Of a stretch of 64,000 bases of DNA, positions 25,301-40,100 are shown piece by piece. The notes under the pieces were generated by a model, which was given only the letters and a program-made list of their open reading frames with translations, was not told the origin of the DNA and searched no databases. The stretch covers positions 2,058,422 through 2,122,421 of the forward strand of contig CM082597.2 in the NCBI GenBank assembly GCA_040954595.2, in the 5' to 3' direction. The number at the start of each line of letters is the position of its first letter. Within the stretch, counting starts at the first letter, position 1. The translations under genes were made by a program, and so were the position numbers. This DNA is from Balanoglossus misakiensis. Lineage: Eukaryota > Animalia > Hemichordata.

Positions 25301-28300
25301 GTGGCACCTTGCCAGTAGGGAGATGAACAGATCTGTTTTGATACATTTGTACAGTATTAAAATACAGCAACCTTCACAAGTCCAGGGCCCAGCTGAGCAA
25401 AATAGATGACTACCGGTATACACCATATGTTTCTATCCACGATTATGCACCTTAGAATCGGGACTGTAATTTCTCTGTTTTTTGTTTCAGCGGTGGTCTC
25501 AGAACATGCACATATGTTCTGGTCTGAGTGAGTTCTCAAGGACTTGCTACAAATCACATATAACTGACAGTGACAGCCCTTTGTTTCGTGGGCCATTATG
25601 TAGAACCCTGACATAAATCAATTAACACTAGCGAAGTCAGGCTTTTGCTTTGTCTCTAACAAATTACACAAAACATTGATGACTTAAAATTAAACTGCTT
25701 TGTTTCGGAGTGACCATCTGTGATGATTGTGACAGATCTAGGACAGTCCACACATTGCAAGTCTGTTATGATGAGTTTAAATATATTACCATCACTATAT
25801 TCTAATATTAGTACTCGTGTCATGCTCGAGGTTATTTATTACACAACCTATACAGTCTCACTTCATGGGATTCAATGCCACCAAAACTATAGAGTTAGCT
25901 AGGAGAGAGAGGGTTTCTTTCGAACTACAAAAGAGAACAGATTACATTCAGGCCGCATTGCGCAGTTAGACTTGTGTACTTGCCGGAAAAAGAGTGACCG
26001 AGATGATCCGGGACAAATTCCGAAGGCTCCTCCGATATTCCCGCTGCCAAACCATTTCTGACCTTACTGTGGAGAAAGGAACCATTCCTTGTTGTCTGGT
26101 CTTGCTGATGGGGCATTTTTTAATCATGAAACGAGCTTCGCAAATTTTTCAAGGACAAAGCTGGGAATGGTAGTCGGTGGACTGAGCACTGACTAACATC
26201 TGATCTACCCAGCACTTGTGTGTGGTTTATTATTTATACTGAATGGTGGTGTGTTGCAATAGTTCAGGCCATACTGGTTTTCTTATTTGTTTCTCCGCAA
26301 CTACTTCTCAAGCATTCTGATGATTTAGGTTTGGTATCCAATCTAACCATCCATCCCATAGTAACCCCTCCCCCTCCCCAAGTAGGAGCAGTACGGACAT
26401 TGGCAAATAGCTTTCTTCTGTAAACCCTTTCTCTTTGGAAAACAGATCTTGCTTTTCAGCTTGTTAAAAGTTCTACTGATGGTCGAGGAGAAACAAAGAT
26501 TTTTATCCATATGGCTGTGTTTACATCCACTAATAAGGCCACCACCTGTGGGCAGTACTAACTTTTATTGAAATTCTGGGTCAATCTATTCACAGATACA
26601 TACAATGCCTGACCCTATCAGTCAAGCATCGCTGGACTGAGGTGAAAAACAGAAATATTAGTGAACATTTTCTCCTTCATGAAAAAAATATTTTCGAACC
26701 TTCAGTAATCTGTTGCTATATGTTAATTTTTACAGCGATGTATGTATTGTATGTAAATTCATGCAAATTTGATATAAATCACTCATTTGGAGAGATGCAG
26801 ATCTCTGGTATGACTGTGAGGGCAGTATAACAACAACAACACAAACATGACATCATCTCACACAAGACAACTACTGTTTGGGTCCCCAAGGTGACCTTGA
26901 GAAGGATAGCAGTGTAGGATTTGTGAAGGCCACTATATGTAGTCAGCTGCCGACTTGTAACAATGATGACAAAGGAACTGAAAGGGAGGCTTAAATTTCT
27001 GAATAGAAGGCAAACGACCACATTATGTAAGATGCATAATGACAAACACTATGGAACCTGTACACACACAATGCTAGTCCATGATCAGTGTATGCTGAAG
27101 GTTTGGCAATGTCAGACAGAAAAGGTATATAACAACATGACATATAGTATAATACTAAAATTTGTGAAAGTAGATGCCGCCATTTATATTGAACCCTTTC
27201 ACCACCATGGTTTGGTCTGAATCCATTGTTTCCTATGGTAAAGTTGGACCTCTACACAAGGAAATGGGGGTGAAAGGGTTAAAGAGAAACAATGACATGT
27301 GTTTATTCCTAATGCTAAGTTTGCCTACATCTTTTCTTACCTTTAATCACTTTCTTGGCTGTGGCCAATTTTGCTCCCATGTCTAATTCTCCTAAGCTAT
27401 TATTCCTTGGGACAGAAACGGAATTCCAACTGCCTTTCCCTAGCCTACATGCTTCTTCCCGATTCTTCACATCTGAGCTACATGTACAATGTTCAGTTAA
27501 TACTTCAGTGAGTTCTGCGGCTAGAATTGGTTCTCTAAATTTACTAACTCTCATGCAATACTAAAACAGAAACATTAAGTTAAAAGGAAAATGTTTGGAC
27601 CGACTACACATCAATTAAAACTATATACAGAATCTATGTCGTGTATAAAAACTCTGTATGAAGATAAAAACAAAAGCATCAACATGGCTGTTCCTGAAGT
27701 CTTGACTGTTCTGGCTTTGTTTAATTTTTTTTTTAAAGATTGGTCATGTGCAACAGACAAAGTAATTCATTTTCTTCGTTTCTGTAGTTTTTTTTTGCCA
27801 TCAAGAATTATTCCAGTTACAAAATGTACCTCTAAATATTCCAATATTGGTACGTATGTATTGACGCATCTCGGCTATTTTCGCCTCTAGAGGGCGCTGC
27901 AACAAATCTAATGAAACTTACACTGTCTTAAAGATATACGACAATCCAGGGTACGTATTTAATACAAAGTCAGCCATATTTTCATAACATCAGACCTTAG
28001 TTGTCATCCATATCTTAGTGGATTAAATTATCCATCATCTCGCAAAAAACAATTTGTTTCTGAATGATACATCATGTAAGAATGACATCTCTAAGCTCTA
28101 TGTTTTTTTTCAGGATGATCGATCATCTAAAGTGTAATTAGAGTCACCAAAATGATAAATTGATGTAATTTCGTTGTATGGTATAGAATATCTGAGAAAG
28201 TTTGTCAAATTGCTTTAATCACAGGTCAAGGATATACTTATTCTAGGTGAAATAAAATATTTAACATCTCGGGCAAGATGACAAATAATACAATATTTAT

Positions 28301-29612
28301 TATTATTTTCCAAACCCTGGAAAAAGTAATAATGGCGACCAGACTATGTAAGCCCTTGGGATGGGACCGGGACTACACATAATGACTAACCTAGATCCTA
28401 CAACCATTACGATCACAATTTTTCTGCCTGAGCTAAATCTTGTTTTCTTTTCACTGACAAACATAATCAAGGTTTCATTATGATGACAGAACGTTTTTAT
28501 GCAAAATGGTCACATCAGGTCTGCAGAGCTTAAATAAATTATCCTGTCATGATATATGTTCATAGGACATTTAAGAGGATTTCGAGGTTTTCATGAAAGT
28601 TTAATTCAATATGCTAGGGTCTGTGCACAGAAACAGAGTGCTACACTTTTTTTCTGGTTATAAAACACTGCAGAGGTCAATTGAAAAGAAAATGTCATAC
28701 TCAGTGTTTTCAATAACCCTTCTTCAAAACAGATTTAAAAAAAAACGAACGTTATGTAAACTCTAAGGAAACAACTGTCCTATGAACTACATTGTAGGTC
28801 AGTTATACATTGTTCTACTGCCTATATATATCAACTACAATGTACTAGTAATATTTCAAATATCTGAGATTGTATAACTATAAGACAGATGGCCACAAGT
28901 GGGTGTGACCAATGTATGAACCAAGGCACTCTTAATGGCCTATGGCACGCACATAAAATCACTTTAAAAATTAACATCGTAATATTATAGGTTTCGCTTT
29001 TTTCCCTGAAAATGTTCATGATCTAGTCTATATCAACATGATTTTCTTGTGTCTCAAACTGAAATGATCTTTACCCAAATACGTTTGAACTTGACGTTCA
29101 AGCCGTTGATACAAGCGTACTTGTAAGTGAGTTACGGTTTAGAGCAGAAATGTCCTTGGCTTTTATCAGTGTTGACAAAGAGAGAGAGAGTGTGAATATA
29201 GGTAATCAGCAGTCTGAATAGTTGGATGACTGACCTAGATAAACAAATGCACGCGGTCGATGAAATGTACAAGCGTTGTAAATTTCTTGATCATTGAAAG
29301 CAAACGCAACAGGATGTCGATTTCAGACTACAGCAGATAACAAAACTTCCATGATTTTCGACTCAAACACACCCCAGCCTCAGAACTACAGCTTGAAGCA
29401 ATGTTTAACCGTCGATAGTGCAACTAATATCTCTTGCAGTGAAATGATTCGAGACCTATAGATAGCTGCATATTTTGAATATTTGACAAGACACTTAAAA
29501 CGGAGAAGTGAAGTGACTGATATAATTTATAGTAGATACACTTACTCATAGGGCAGTCCACAGTTTTCCATTTTGGTAATGTCAGAGCTAATTTCCCTCT
29601 TCTTCCTGCCAT
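13325..29612 (-). CDS. AMPD2: AMP deaminase (AMPD2-like), ~785 aa
   Basis: Exons 21322-21103, 18245-18092, 17803-17605, 17400-17172, 16894-16765, 16629-16498, 16352-16290, 15974-15843, 15764-15601, 15347-15221, 15064-14901, 14705-14585, 14304-14131, 13922-13812 and 13495-13325 are all phase-consistent. Motifs: [36 protein letters not shown], and AMPD2-like [10 protein letters not shown]. The best first coding exon is 29612-29546 ([22 protein letters not shown], phase-1 GTAAGT donor); this exon is less certain than the rest. Confidence 0.95.
14360..14580. repeat. Degenerate CCATCT(A/G) low-complexity repeat in an AMPD intron
   Basis: Many CATCTAC, CCATCTGC and CACCAATACAA units. Confidence 0.55.
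17927..18010. repeat. (GA/GACA)n compound microsatellite in an AMPD intron
   Basis: gagagagacagag...gagagagaaacagagacagagagag. Confidence 0.7.
22118..22465. mobile_element. 348-bp MITE with ~65-bp terminal inverted repeats and TTAA TSD (Kolobok-type termini)
   Basis: The left end TTAA|AGGGACAAAGTCTCTCTGTCGCTGTCCTTTTTTCCATTAATTATGTTTGATACAAGACAC is mirrored by GTGTCTTGTATCAAATATAATTAATGGAAAAAAGGGCAGCGAGAGAGAGACTTTGTCCCT|TTAA. Confidence 0.85.
27194..27278. mobile_element. 85-bp piggyBac-type MITE copy
   Basis: TGAA|CCCTTTCACC...GGTGAAAGGG|TTAA. Confidence 0.8.
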
Positions 29613-30357
29613 TGCAGTGTATGTAGATTATATATAGTGTACCTGTTGGTAGGTTGGTGTTTATGAAACTAATCGAAATTCAACTTCCCCGGGTGTGTAA
29701 CTGTTTACAAACGCGTTCAACCTGCAATTTTTCAAAATCGAATAACATTCGTCAGACGGTTACCAACACTGCACCGACTAGCCAAGACCAAGACAGTATA
29801 TCCCGCAATCAAACCCCGATGAAATCACAATACCGATGTCTTTTAACCTAGAAATAAACTTTTAACGAGCCAGTCAGCCCTCAACCATGACAAGAGTGCT
29901 GTAGATTTCCGTTGACCTGGCGACCTGAGACGCTATCGACATAGGACTCCCTAGGCTACCGGTAATTAATTTGGCATGGCAACCACGCAACAGTTTTTGT
30001 ATTCATTTGAAAGTGAAAAGATTACGTCAGACCAAACAACTATTGTTTTTGTCTTTATTTCTAAATGTTTGCTGAATTTTTGTCTTTCTCTTGACTATAT
30101 TTCTGGTTTTAAAGTGACGTTTTCGAACCATATTAAGGGTAAATATTGACATGGAAACTACTCACTTGGGCGGTAGTTTTGTATTTGTATAGTTCTAAAC
30201 AGTTCACCCCGAGGGCAAAAACACGTAACAAATGAAAACCAACAATAGAGAATGTTTACTTTTCAGTCTTCAGATCACCTGGCCAGTTTGGCTTCGCGGT
30301 TGTTGACTTTAGGGCATGTGAATTGGCCTATATTCGCAGACCCCGTGCACTGACACT

Positions 30358-30360
<3 letters not shown>

Positions 30361-30426
<66 letters not shown>
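30361..30426. repeat. (ATC)22 perfect microsatellite in the AMPD/ABCG divergent upstream region
   Basis: 66 nt of uninterrupted ATC. Confidence 0.95.
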
Positions 30427-31198
30427 GTGTTCAAATACACACAATGATAACGATTAGCTGCCTAAACTTCTGATAGATCATTCTCATCATTATATTTTAC
30501 GAGAACGCCTGTTACAGCGCCATCCACAGTCGACAATGGAAACGTGAACATCTACGAAATCATGATATTGTATCAATTAAATTTTCTGTTAGCTGTGAAC
30601 AAAACTGGAAAACAAGAATCACATCTTGGAACCTCAAAATTATGGGAATATCCGTATCTCCCGAAAGAGTTGTCGCAAACGAAACGGAAACACGAGTATA
30701 ATATTTTTTTCTCAGAAATTTCAATAAAAATTAAACAAAATGAAATGATACTGGGACTTTGCTGCTCTGTTTTAAATTTTTATTGGAAATGTTAATAGCT
30801 TTTATTGTTTCTTCCTTTCTCAAACCGAAAAGGCTCTAAACAAGAGATTCGAGAGCAAAACTCGTTCATATATTTTATCTCACCGGCACCCTGCTAACCA
30901 AATGGTAGGATCCAGAATAAATTATCTCATATCCCCGCACATTAGAAATATTCAAATATTACAGTTGCGCCAATGGGAATCGTGGACGTTTTGTCTACAA
31001 CAATAGCCATAATGACATCACCGATGAGAATATAGGCGCACGTTGAGGTTTCCACAGTTTATATACTCTTGATAACAGGGTGGGCTGGTGTACGTGCATT
31101 CAAATCGACTAGCCTCTCTCTGCTACCGGGGAAACCGAGACGGTTTACCCTGCGTGAAGATCTTGCCGGCACAAAAGAGAAAAAAAACGAGTGAAAGG

Positions 31199-34100
31199 AT
31201 GGCTGATGTAGTCTTGAACTTGGAGGAGAAGGGACCGCCGAATGGCAGCCTCTTGCGGAAAGTCGAAAGTCGGTTGTTCGAAGCGCAAAAGTTATCACAT
31301 TTGCCGAAGAGACCGCCTGTAAAACTCGAGTTCAAGAATTTGACATATACAGTGCAAGAAGGCTCATTTCGCAAGAAAGGTTAGTCATGATGCATGTATT
31401 TCGATTGATGTCTGTTTGAACACAAAATTTCCTGCGAATTGCAGATTCAACATCAATCGAATGAAAATATATTGCGGTTGTTTTGAAATATTGTCATCCA
31501 AATATCTGTATAGGCTCCGGGTTACCATGGAGAGATGATGAAAACGCGCGTTGAAAATTTGGAGAAACCGCCTCAGAGATAGATGCGCTCTCTATGCTCA
31601 CCATGTATTTTAACATCAGCTTGTCGCTATCACCATCCAATGTCATCATGATGCAGCTCACAGCTGTATTACGTACAGTGACGTGTTATCTGACCATGTA
31701 CTAGATCTCTCATCCATTGTCTATGGTAATAATTATTCCGACCAATTTATTTTAATACGATCGATGATGTGTGGGTCACAAAACCCCAGTGAATGGGTCG
31801 ATCGCGTTGGGCATATTTCTTGCGAAATCCTGATTTCCGACAGACTGCGTTTTCCTGAAGATAAAGAACGCTTTATACGGAAGATAAGACCGACAGACAT
31901 AGATGCAGGCCATGGCCCGTCTGTGATGAGGGCACGTACGGCGCCGGTGCACGTGGACAGCTGATCGACGCAACGATCATCCATTCATACACAATACATA
32001 CACCATACAACAAAGAGAAATCGCGCTACGCGTCCGTACGCAGAGCGCGCGTTGTTAATTACAGAGCCGCGATCACGAAATGAACACCCCATGAAATTGA
32101 AGCGATTTTATTTCTCAAATGATATATATTTATAGTTGGGTCAAGGGGCGGGGTTGTTAAATTTGGGCATGTTTGCCGGTTTTATTTCAGTGGGATAATT
32201 AACGCGCATGATTGGGAATACACGTTATGGGCCTGCCGTCAGCTGTTGAGTAGGCCCTAATTTGCAACGCACAAGTGCGCGCTGAACGCTTATTTGGAAC
32301 AATTAACGCGTACATCATGTACAACAGTACATGTTCAACAAAGGTCTGACACAAACATTCATTGACAGACTGGTTCGTGTGCCATGACCTGATGAATATC
32401 CTGGTTTGCAGTTCCTTGATGTATTGTATTGAATAAAAAGTAGTTTATGTTTATATAGACATGACGGGCTAAATGACATTATCACTAAACAGCTGATACC
32501 CTGTTGACATGGACACTGCATATTAACATACATAACATTCATTGTATTATGTCACCAGCTACAAAATGTCACAAATTCACACATTGCTGGAAAAAAACGG
32601 AAACATTACATGTAAGAGCTGTAGTGTTTACAAATGTATTAGTTTTGTGTAACACTTGAAAATGAAGAGTAAATTGACATTTGAATTAGTCGTTTTTTTT
32701 CCTCTATTTCTATCTCAGGGCCTAAAATTTAGGATAGGTATAGACAGTTTGAAACAGAGAAAAAATTCCACCCTTAGAGTGAGAATGATCATGGGCCTCT
32801 TCAGACATAAAGCCAGTGTTTATGTTATTTGCCAGTCACAGTTTCAATTGTTTGCCAAGCATAAGGAATTTTAACCAATGAAAGGGAAAATTTATTGATT
32901 TAATAAAAATACACATTTTATGTCAAGTGAGACAGTTGTTTGCTCAGCAGTCATGTACACATATTAAATTGTATTGCTTCAATACTACATCTGTGGAGGC
33001 ATTTGATTATTGTATTTGGGTGTGGGACAATCTCATTTTCGGGGAGGGGAGATAGATGCACAGAAATGCAAATTAACAGGGGTATATGCGTTTGAAAAAT
33101 CTTGAAATTTTCAACCTATCCTTGCAATCTTAAAAGAAAATGAAGCCACAAAAATTTGGATTATTGTGCGGTTTTTTTAAGATTACAGAGCTGCGGCAAA
33201 CCGACGTCACATATTCAGAATTATTTACCAATAAATGAAGGCTCATCTTAAGATGCTATTACCCAAAGCAGTTCACACTGAGTGCACACAAACCCCTCCA
33301 GTGAAGATAAACTCTGTCTATTGTTGACCACAATACAATTCAAGAGAGAAATTCTTCTTGTGACGTCAGCATTGTCCAACTAAACCTTGTGATTTTAGAT
33401 TTCTTTTCATTTTTAAAAGAGGGATGATTATCCTTTCCCAACACAAATGTTAATCTATACTTCAGGCCATCGTGGTTGTAAAACAAAATCTTATAAGCAT
33501 GTATTGGAATGTGGGTGGTTATTAAGTACAGATATCAAAGGAACTGTGGCTTGACATTTAACCTTTCATCCCATGGTCCAACTATAGGGTTTGGACTGAA
33601 CCATGGTGGTGAAAGTGATATACTCCAACAGACTCCACATACATGTACATGCATGTTGGCTGTGTGTAGGTGTATAGTTGGCTCATAATAAACCAGTGTG
33701 GCCTTTCTAATAAATTGTATTGTTGTCATAGAAACAGAAATATATGGAGTGGATGCATTTAAAGTGAATGTCAAAAGTTCACTGCTAGATATCAAATTCA
33801 GTTATTTTTTTCAGGTTTGGTGTTGGGGTCAGTGAAGTGATATCGATCAAGTAAGAGAGGAAATGAAATTACTGATCAGTATTTAAAAATTCATGTTGAT
33901 TTTTGCCTTTGCGTATTATACCAGTAACTGTTGTACATCCCATAATAGACCTGAGCATGCAACAATGTGTGCTATTTATGATCTGATACCAGTATATCGA
34001 CACTTAGTACAGAGAATCATGCAGCACTCAAAAAATTTAAAGTCATAGTATTAACACCCCGTTTTACATAGTTGACATCCCACTTTTTAACCCTTTCACC

Positions 34101-37100
34101 CCCAGTTCCCTCTTTGGAGGTCCAACCTTACCATAGAAAACAATGGGTTTGGACTGAACCATGGTGGTCAAAGGGTTAAGTAAACCCTTCTTGTCAAGAG
34201 AGACTGCAGACATTTTTGTCACATGTTAAAAGAATGAGTGATCAGGAGAGAAAAACTAGGCACCTAAGAATGAATTTTTAATAAAGCTATACCTGGAGAT
34301 CATCCCAGTCACATGGGACGATTTTTACTAAAGATATGATACTAGAATTACTGACTACTCTATAGAATTGAATATTAGGAAGCCTGCTAATTGCTTCTGC
34401 ATATGAATGTACCAGTAGCACTGTGTAAATGAAGAGGTGGCTTTACGGTGACTTTCTGTGTGAGATCATTATAGCATTATCAATTCAGATGAATGCATAT
34501 ACTTTTGCTTGGTGCGCTTTAATAGTCAGTCCCATGTGGCTGGGTTTTGTACTACTTTGAGACGCCCCATGGGCAAACACTTGTTACCATCAACACGATG
34601 GAGTTTGATCCCTGAATTGGAGCAAGTTTTGTAATTCAATTGAAAATTGTGTATGAGATCAGAAAATTGCCAAGGAACAAGAAACTCACTGTGTGCAGAG
34701 CATGTACATATTATAATATATACTGGTGTACATACATGCATACATACATGTAAAAATGCATGAGGGAGAATTCAGGAGATCACTGAATGTTTGCAGAACC
34801 GACAAAACCACAGCTGAACAATTCCCAATGATAATCTGCAGAAAAACTGTCTGTTATGTATGCATATGAACTACTAAATGAATCCGTGACAACCAAAACA
34901 GTAGGCATTTCATTGTTTTTTAGGTGTCAAACATAAAACTGTATGTGATATGTAGACTAGAAAAACTACTCAATAAAGGGCAGACATTACAGGCAGAGAA
35001 AATGCATTCCCACCGAAATGTTCATAAAATCAACTTCTTAGTCAGTAGATAGACCTACAAGCTAGTATAGAGCTATATGAAATATTTATGTGGACATTTA
35101 TTGCAATTTTGATGGGAACATGTACATAAAGGATGTCAAAACTAGTCTAATCATGTAACTGTGATGAGAGTGGATAAAAGTATGTTTACACAATAAAACA
35201 GAACCAGGGATCCAGAATGAATGAGCACTCTCTTCCCATCATGATTGATTCTCAAATCCGGTCGTAAATCAGTGAGATCACCAAATTACCGCTTACAGTC
35301 AAAAGTTAGGAAGACAATCACTTATCATTCTCAATAACAGGTGTGCCACATTTTAACATCATTGCCTCGTAATCATATGTCTCCTTAGATGGTTTTATAG
35401 TGTATACGTAGTGAGAAAAAAAAATGGTGATGAGATACAGATGTATATTACAACAACACATTGGTTTGAAACATTTAGTATAAATTGGAACCAGATTAAA
35501 ACAACTGAAATGTTTGTGTACACAGGTGTCAGAGTGAAACTGAGAGCTGCTTATAAATAACATGGGTATGGTTAAAGGGGAGGGTTGTCTTAATTGCTCA
35601 TGTGCAACGTTTCACAATGGCATAAAAATATCCAATGGCATTAAATTGTCTTGCTTCAGGGAAGATTGCAGTATAGGATTGCATCCTGTTTGCGTACAAA
35701 CTAATTGCTGTACTGAGGAAGCCATACACTACCCGAGCGAAAGTCTGTTGAACTCATTTTCGAACTCATTTCACCGTTACTTCCAAGCTAATATTTTCTG
35801 CCGGAGCAGAGAAATCACCCAGACTCCATTTCTGTTCAACTGAAGCAATAAATGAATATTCATGAGAACTCCTGACGTCAATTCGCAAAGGAATCAGCCA
35901 GCCCCATCTTGGGCACAGATGCTCGTCTTGAATAGAGTGTTTTAGTAATGCACAATTGTACGTAGACAGAATGATTACAGTATCAGGACAACCTGGCGTT
36001 TCAAAAGATTAGTATCAATTTACCCAAATTGATCAGCTATTTTATTATCAGAAAGGTTGGACCACAATCCATAATTCATCAATTTTGTTTCCATTTCCTC
36101 GTCTCCCTTCTCTTCTCGAAAATGTCACCAGTATATGATGTCTGTCTGATCCACACGCCCCCGGGCGCTGTAAAACTAAAAGAGTATTTTGCAACAAAAT
36201 TTACATTTGTAGTGAGATCTCTGCAGGTACTTGAGTAATTGCTGTGTGCCACTCCTCAAAATATATGTTTCACCAGTAGTCTATCATAGTGTATCATAGA
36301 AATATAAGAGTCTTAACGAAAATCCCATATATGTATTTAAAACAGAACGTAGAATTTGAAAAAAATGGTTAAAAGTATATGGATTCAAGAACTGAAATGA
36401 TAGATAATGTCACAGCAGCCTTTTAGCCCATGGCAACCAGATAATGGCAAATATCAAGTGTTTCCATGGCGACAGGAGCACTGAAGCCAAGGATGTGGTT
36501 AGACGAGTGTCTGATAGGATTCATTAACAAGTCTGCAACCGTCAGGACTGACATCCACAGTCCAGGGTTAACACATGTATACATGTACACTAAGCTTATG
36601 TCGCATTTGATGGCTCAGATGACAATTGCATTTCTCAGACACTTATCAGATCTGCACAAAGGCAGGCAATTTAAATTTTTAGTCAGAAACATGATCGAAA
36701 TATACTAACTTGGACTGGACCATAGTGGTGAAAGGGTATAGGCAAGGAAGTCTAATTTATATCCTGTAGAACAGAAAGTTCTTCCAGGAATGGCCCCTTC
36801 CTGGCTAGAAAATTTTACCGTTAGAAAGTACAAAAAATTGTACTGCTTTAAGATTCTTTTCTGCATTGAAAAGAATGAACAAAAATAACATAAAACTGTG
36901 TGATGACTTCCAAGTCAAAGATGTTAGCAATTTAGGTTGATGGCTTACCTGTATAACATGAACACTTGGCTGTTTTGTTACTGAGTTAAATTTAACCAGG
37001 ATTCAGAAATATGTGCAAAAGTGTTCTTCAACAATCATTCAAAATGCTTTACACACAATAAAGGCAAACAGCTCTCTCCTTCAGACCTGCCCTTACATCT

Positions 37101-40100
37101 CTTTAATATAATTTACTTCATAATTTATTGTGAAAGGGGTTTACATGCGTCACTCGGAAGTTTTTACACCAAACATGCAGTCTCTCACATTTGCCGACAA
37201 ATTGAATTAAGTACAAATGGATTACCAAGGGGAAAGTGAACCTAATTGGATTATTCTTATGTCCCTCTATAATCTGTCATCTTTACCTCGGAGAATAATG
37301 GCCTAACCTGTCTTACCATACACTGACAGGCAAAAAATGATGTTAACATTTTCTGGTTGTATGTATTGAAGGGATGTGTCTGGTGTGAATGCAATATTCA
37401 GATGGGCCAAGTTTGACGGTGAACTGATGTTTATCTTGATTCTTCGGTACATTATTTCTCTGACAGGTTATGATATTTATAAATCCAGAAATTGTACTTA
37501 TATGTAAAACCGCAAACCAAGAATGAGTAAATTGCAGCGAACTCATTGAAGCGAAAAAAGATGACAGCCACATGCCTCTTATTGAAAATGTCATCAACTC
37601 GGAAACATTTAGGTTAGTCTATAAACTGTGCACTTCCACACAAGTCCTGCACCCTTGATTGACAAGAGTGGCCAGTTGGGCTTGGCGTGTCATTGCAGTG
37701 ACGTCAGAACAACTCTTGTCAGATCGCTCACGTAGAAATGTTTCCCCACCCAGCCACTAATGTAAATGACTTTGCCAAATGCCGGTAGTGTAAGATAAGT
37801 AAAGGCCTGCCGTGTGAAGAACTGTCTCGGCGTCGACTTGTATAATGATGTGCCTGGAAGCGGTATAATTGATATTCATCTCGGTACGCTGTCACAGACA
37901 TTCAAACACGCGGTTATCTGCTGATAGACAGATATTGCATTGAAACTATGATTGCTGCTTCAGTTCATCTATTCATTTTTCACCACAGAAATTTGTTTCC
38001 AAAGTCACTTCTATTGACACTACATGTAGATCACAGCTAATATTTTCAATGTACTGTGTGTATTCAATTTGATTGAATGAAATGCTTCAAGTATTTATCG
38101 TGAACCGTATACTCCCAGCAGTCTCAATAAAATGCACTTCTCCAGATGTGTCAAGAGCTCAGAGCCAACATTCCTATGTTTTTTCCCATGAGATATTTCT
38201 GAACTTTGATCAATCCCACTTTTATTTAATTTTAATCCTGTAAAAGTTAATTTTAACATCAATAAATGTATTAGTATGTATTTTATGGAAGGAAACTTTT
38301 TGCAAATGAGCTTACGTGACAATTTGTATGATTACATAAATTACTCAGAGTGTGATCACATGCCCACAGAGATGAGAACAATATAATCATCCCAGGATCA
38401 GACCTCTCTAAAAGTCCACCTGTATTCCCAGTGCCATAACAGGAAGCCAGATTTCCTAGCCTCGTTAAGCAGAAGAGATCTCATGAAATATTTACATGAC
38501 GCGATCTTACAGGTGAGCTGAAAGCCAGTCACCATGCCATCACACCATGAGTGATCTGGCCATGTTCGTGGAATGACTCTGTATGGTAATTCGAGCAATA
38601 TTCAGACAGTCTGACTCATCTAAAAACATGCAGTCAAAGGAGACGGCTCTGATAAAATGTACAATAAGACAATATTGCCTTCTTTGCATACTTCAGTAAT
38701 AGTGCATGCCCCCTTTGATCTGCATTTCTACCTCTTTAAGGTTATATGCACCCCAGGGAGAGATTCTTAGAAAAAAACGGTAGTCTTCCAAATCTTTAAT
38801 TCTTTGCTTTATTAATTTATGAGATTTTATTTTGCAAACCTAAAAAAATCCAGTGTCCACTATCTTGTTATCTTTATTTTACATTAGATTATAACTAAAA
38901 ATTGTATGTTTTGTTTTGATGATCAATTTTCCTCTTGGCCTATTACCTACTCTATGTAATAAGCCATGTAGATTAAGTATTCCATGGTTTAATTAATCTG
39001 ATCCTTGAAGTAACAGAAGTAATAACATTTCTCGATATGACCCCATCACCTGCAGCTACACAAGTACCAATCTGTATAGCAATCTGTGTAGCCATCTTAT
39101 GATCCAAGGTTTCTGGGGGAAAATGGTTGTCGTTAACCTCTGGGTCACATCGCATTGACATTACTCTGACCTTTGGTGAATAAAGCTTCAACTTGATTGG
39201 CTAAGCCTTGTTCACAAGTGAGATTTTCATGTAAACGCAATTCTTCAGGGGGAAGAGATCTTATGTTAGTGTACTGAACACAAGTTTGTTTGTAATTGGC
39301 TGCAATTGTTTGTAATTGGCTGCAATTTTTCTTATCATTCAAAATGGTTGATTTGCATCTGACCATATCATAATCTGAGAAAGTTTGCATCTTTTATTAA
39401 AGCCTGAGCATTCTTTAAAAATTCTCTGATTCTGACCACAAGCAAAAAAATCTGACTAAAGGAAAAAAGTGACATCTCCCACAATGTACACTTTAAATAT
39501 ATACACTCAGAATTTGAGATTAATTATTCATGAATTATAAAACAAGAAGTTACATTGTTCATATTATATAAACACGCAGTGGGAAATTAATTTTACATGG
39601 CATGTGTCATGTCTATGAGACATGTAAAACCCATTAAACTGCAATCGTGATGACAACACAGAATGAACTGTTTCCGTGCATTAAAGTTTGGAAATAAATC
39701 ATTTTGGTGAAGATCTGCTGTATTCCCATACATCACTAGGTTGATGATCATGGAAGGGTGTTTACAGTTTATTGATCACAAATTTTAAAAATATCTGGTT
39801 TTCGTTTCAGTTTCACACAAGTTAAAATGCAACTTAAGTCAACACACCTGTTCAAACTGTCAATTTTCTGGCAGTTATTAGATGGCATGTTTAATTTTTA
39901 GTCAACTATTGACGTCAATGTGGATGGACGTCAAATAGTACATGATAATAAACTTCATTACTAGAAACTTTATGTATGTGTAAATGTCAAAATGTGCGTT
40001 CATGCAGAGTTCTGTCGTATATTCAAAGTTTTTGTCCAATTAACCCATTTTTGCAAATTGCTGTCCAATCTTTCCAGGTTGCCATGGGAATATTTTTTTT

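Noticed and set aside
38737-39496. Possible degenerate TTAA-flanked transposon
   Set aside because: The putative terminal inverted repeats match too poorly to support the call without a repeat library.
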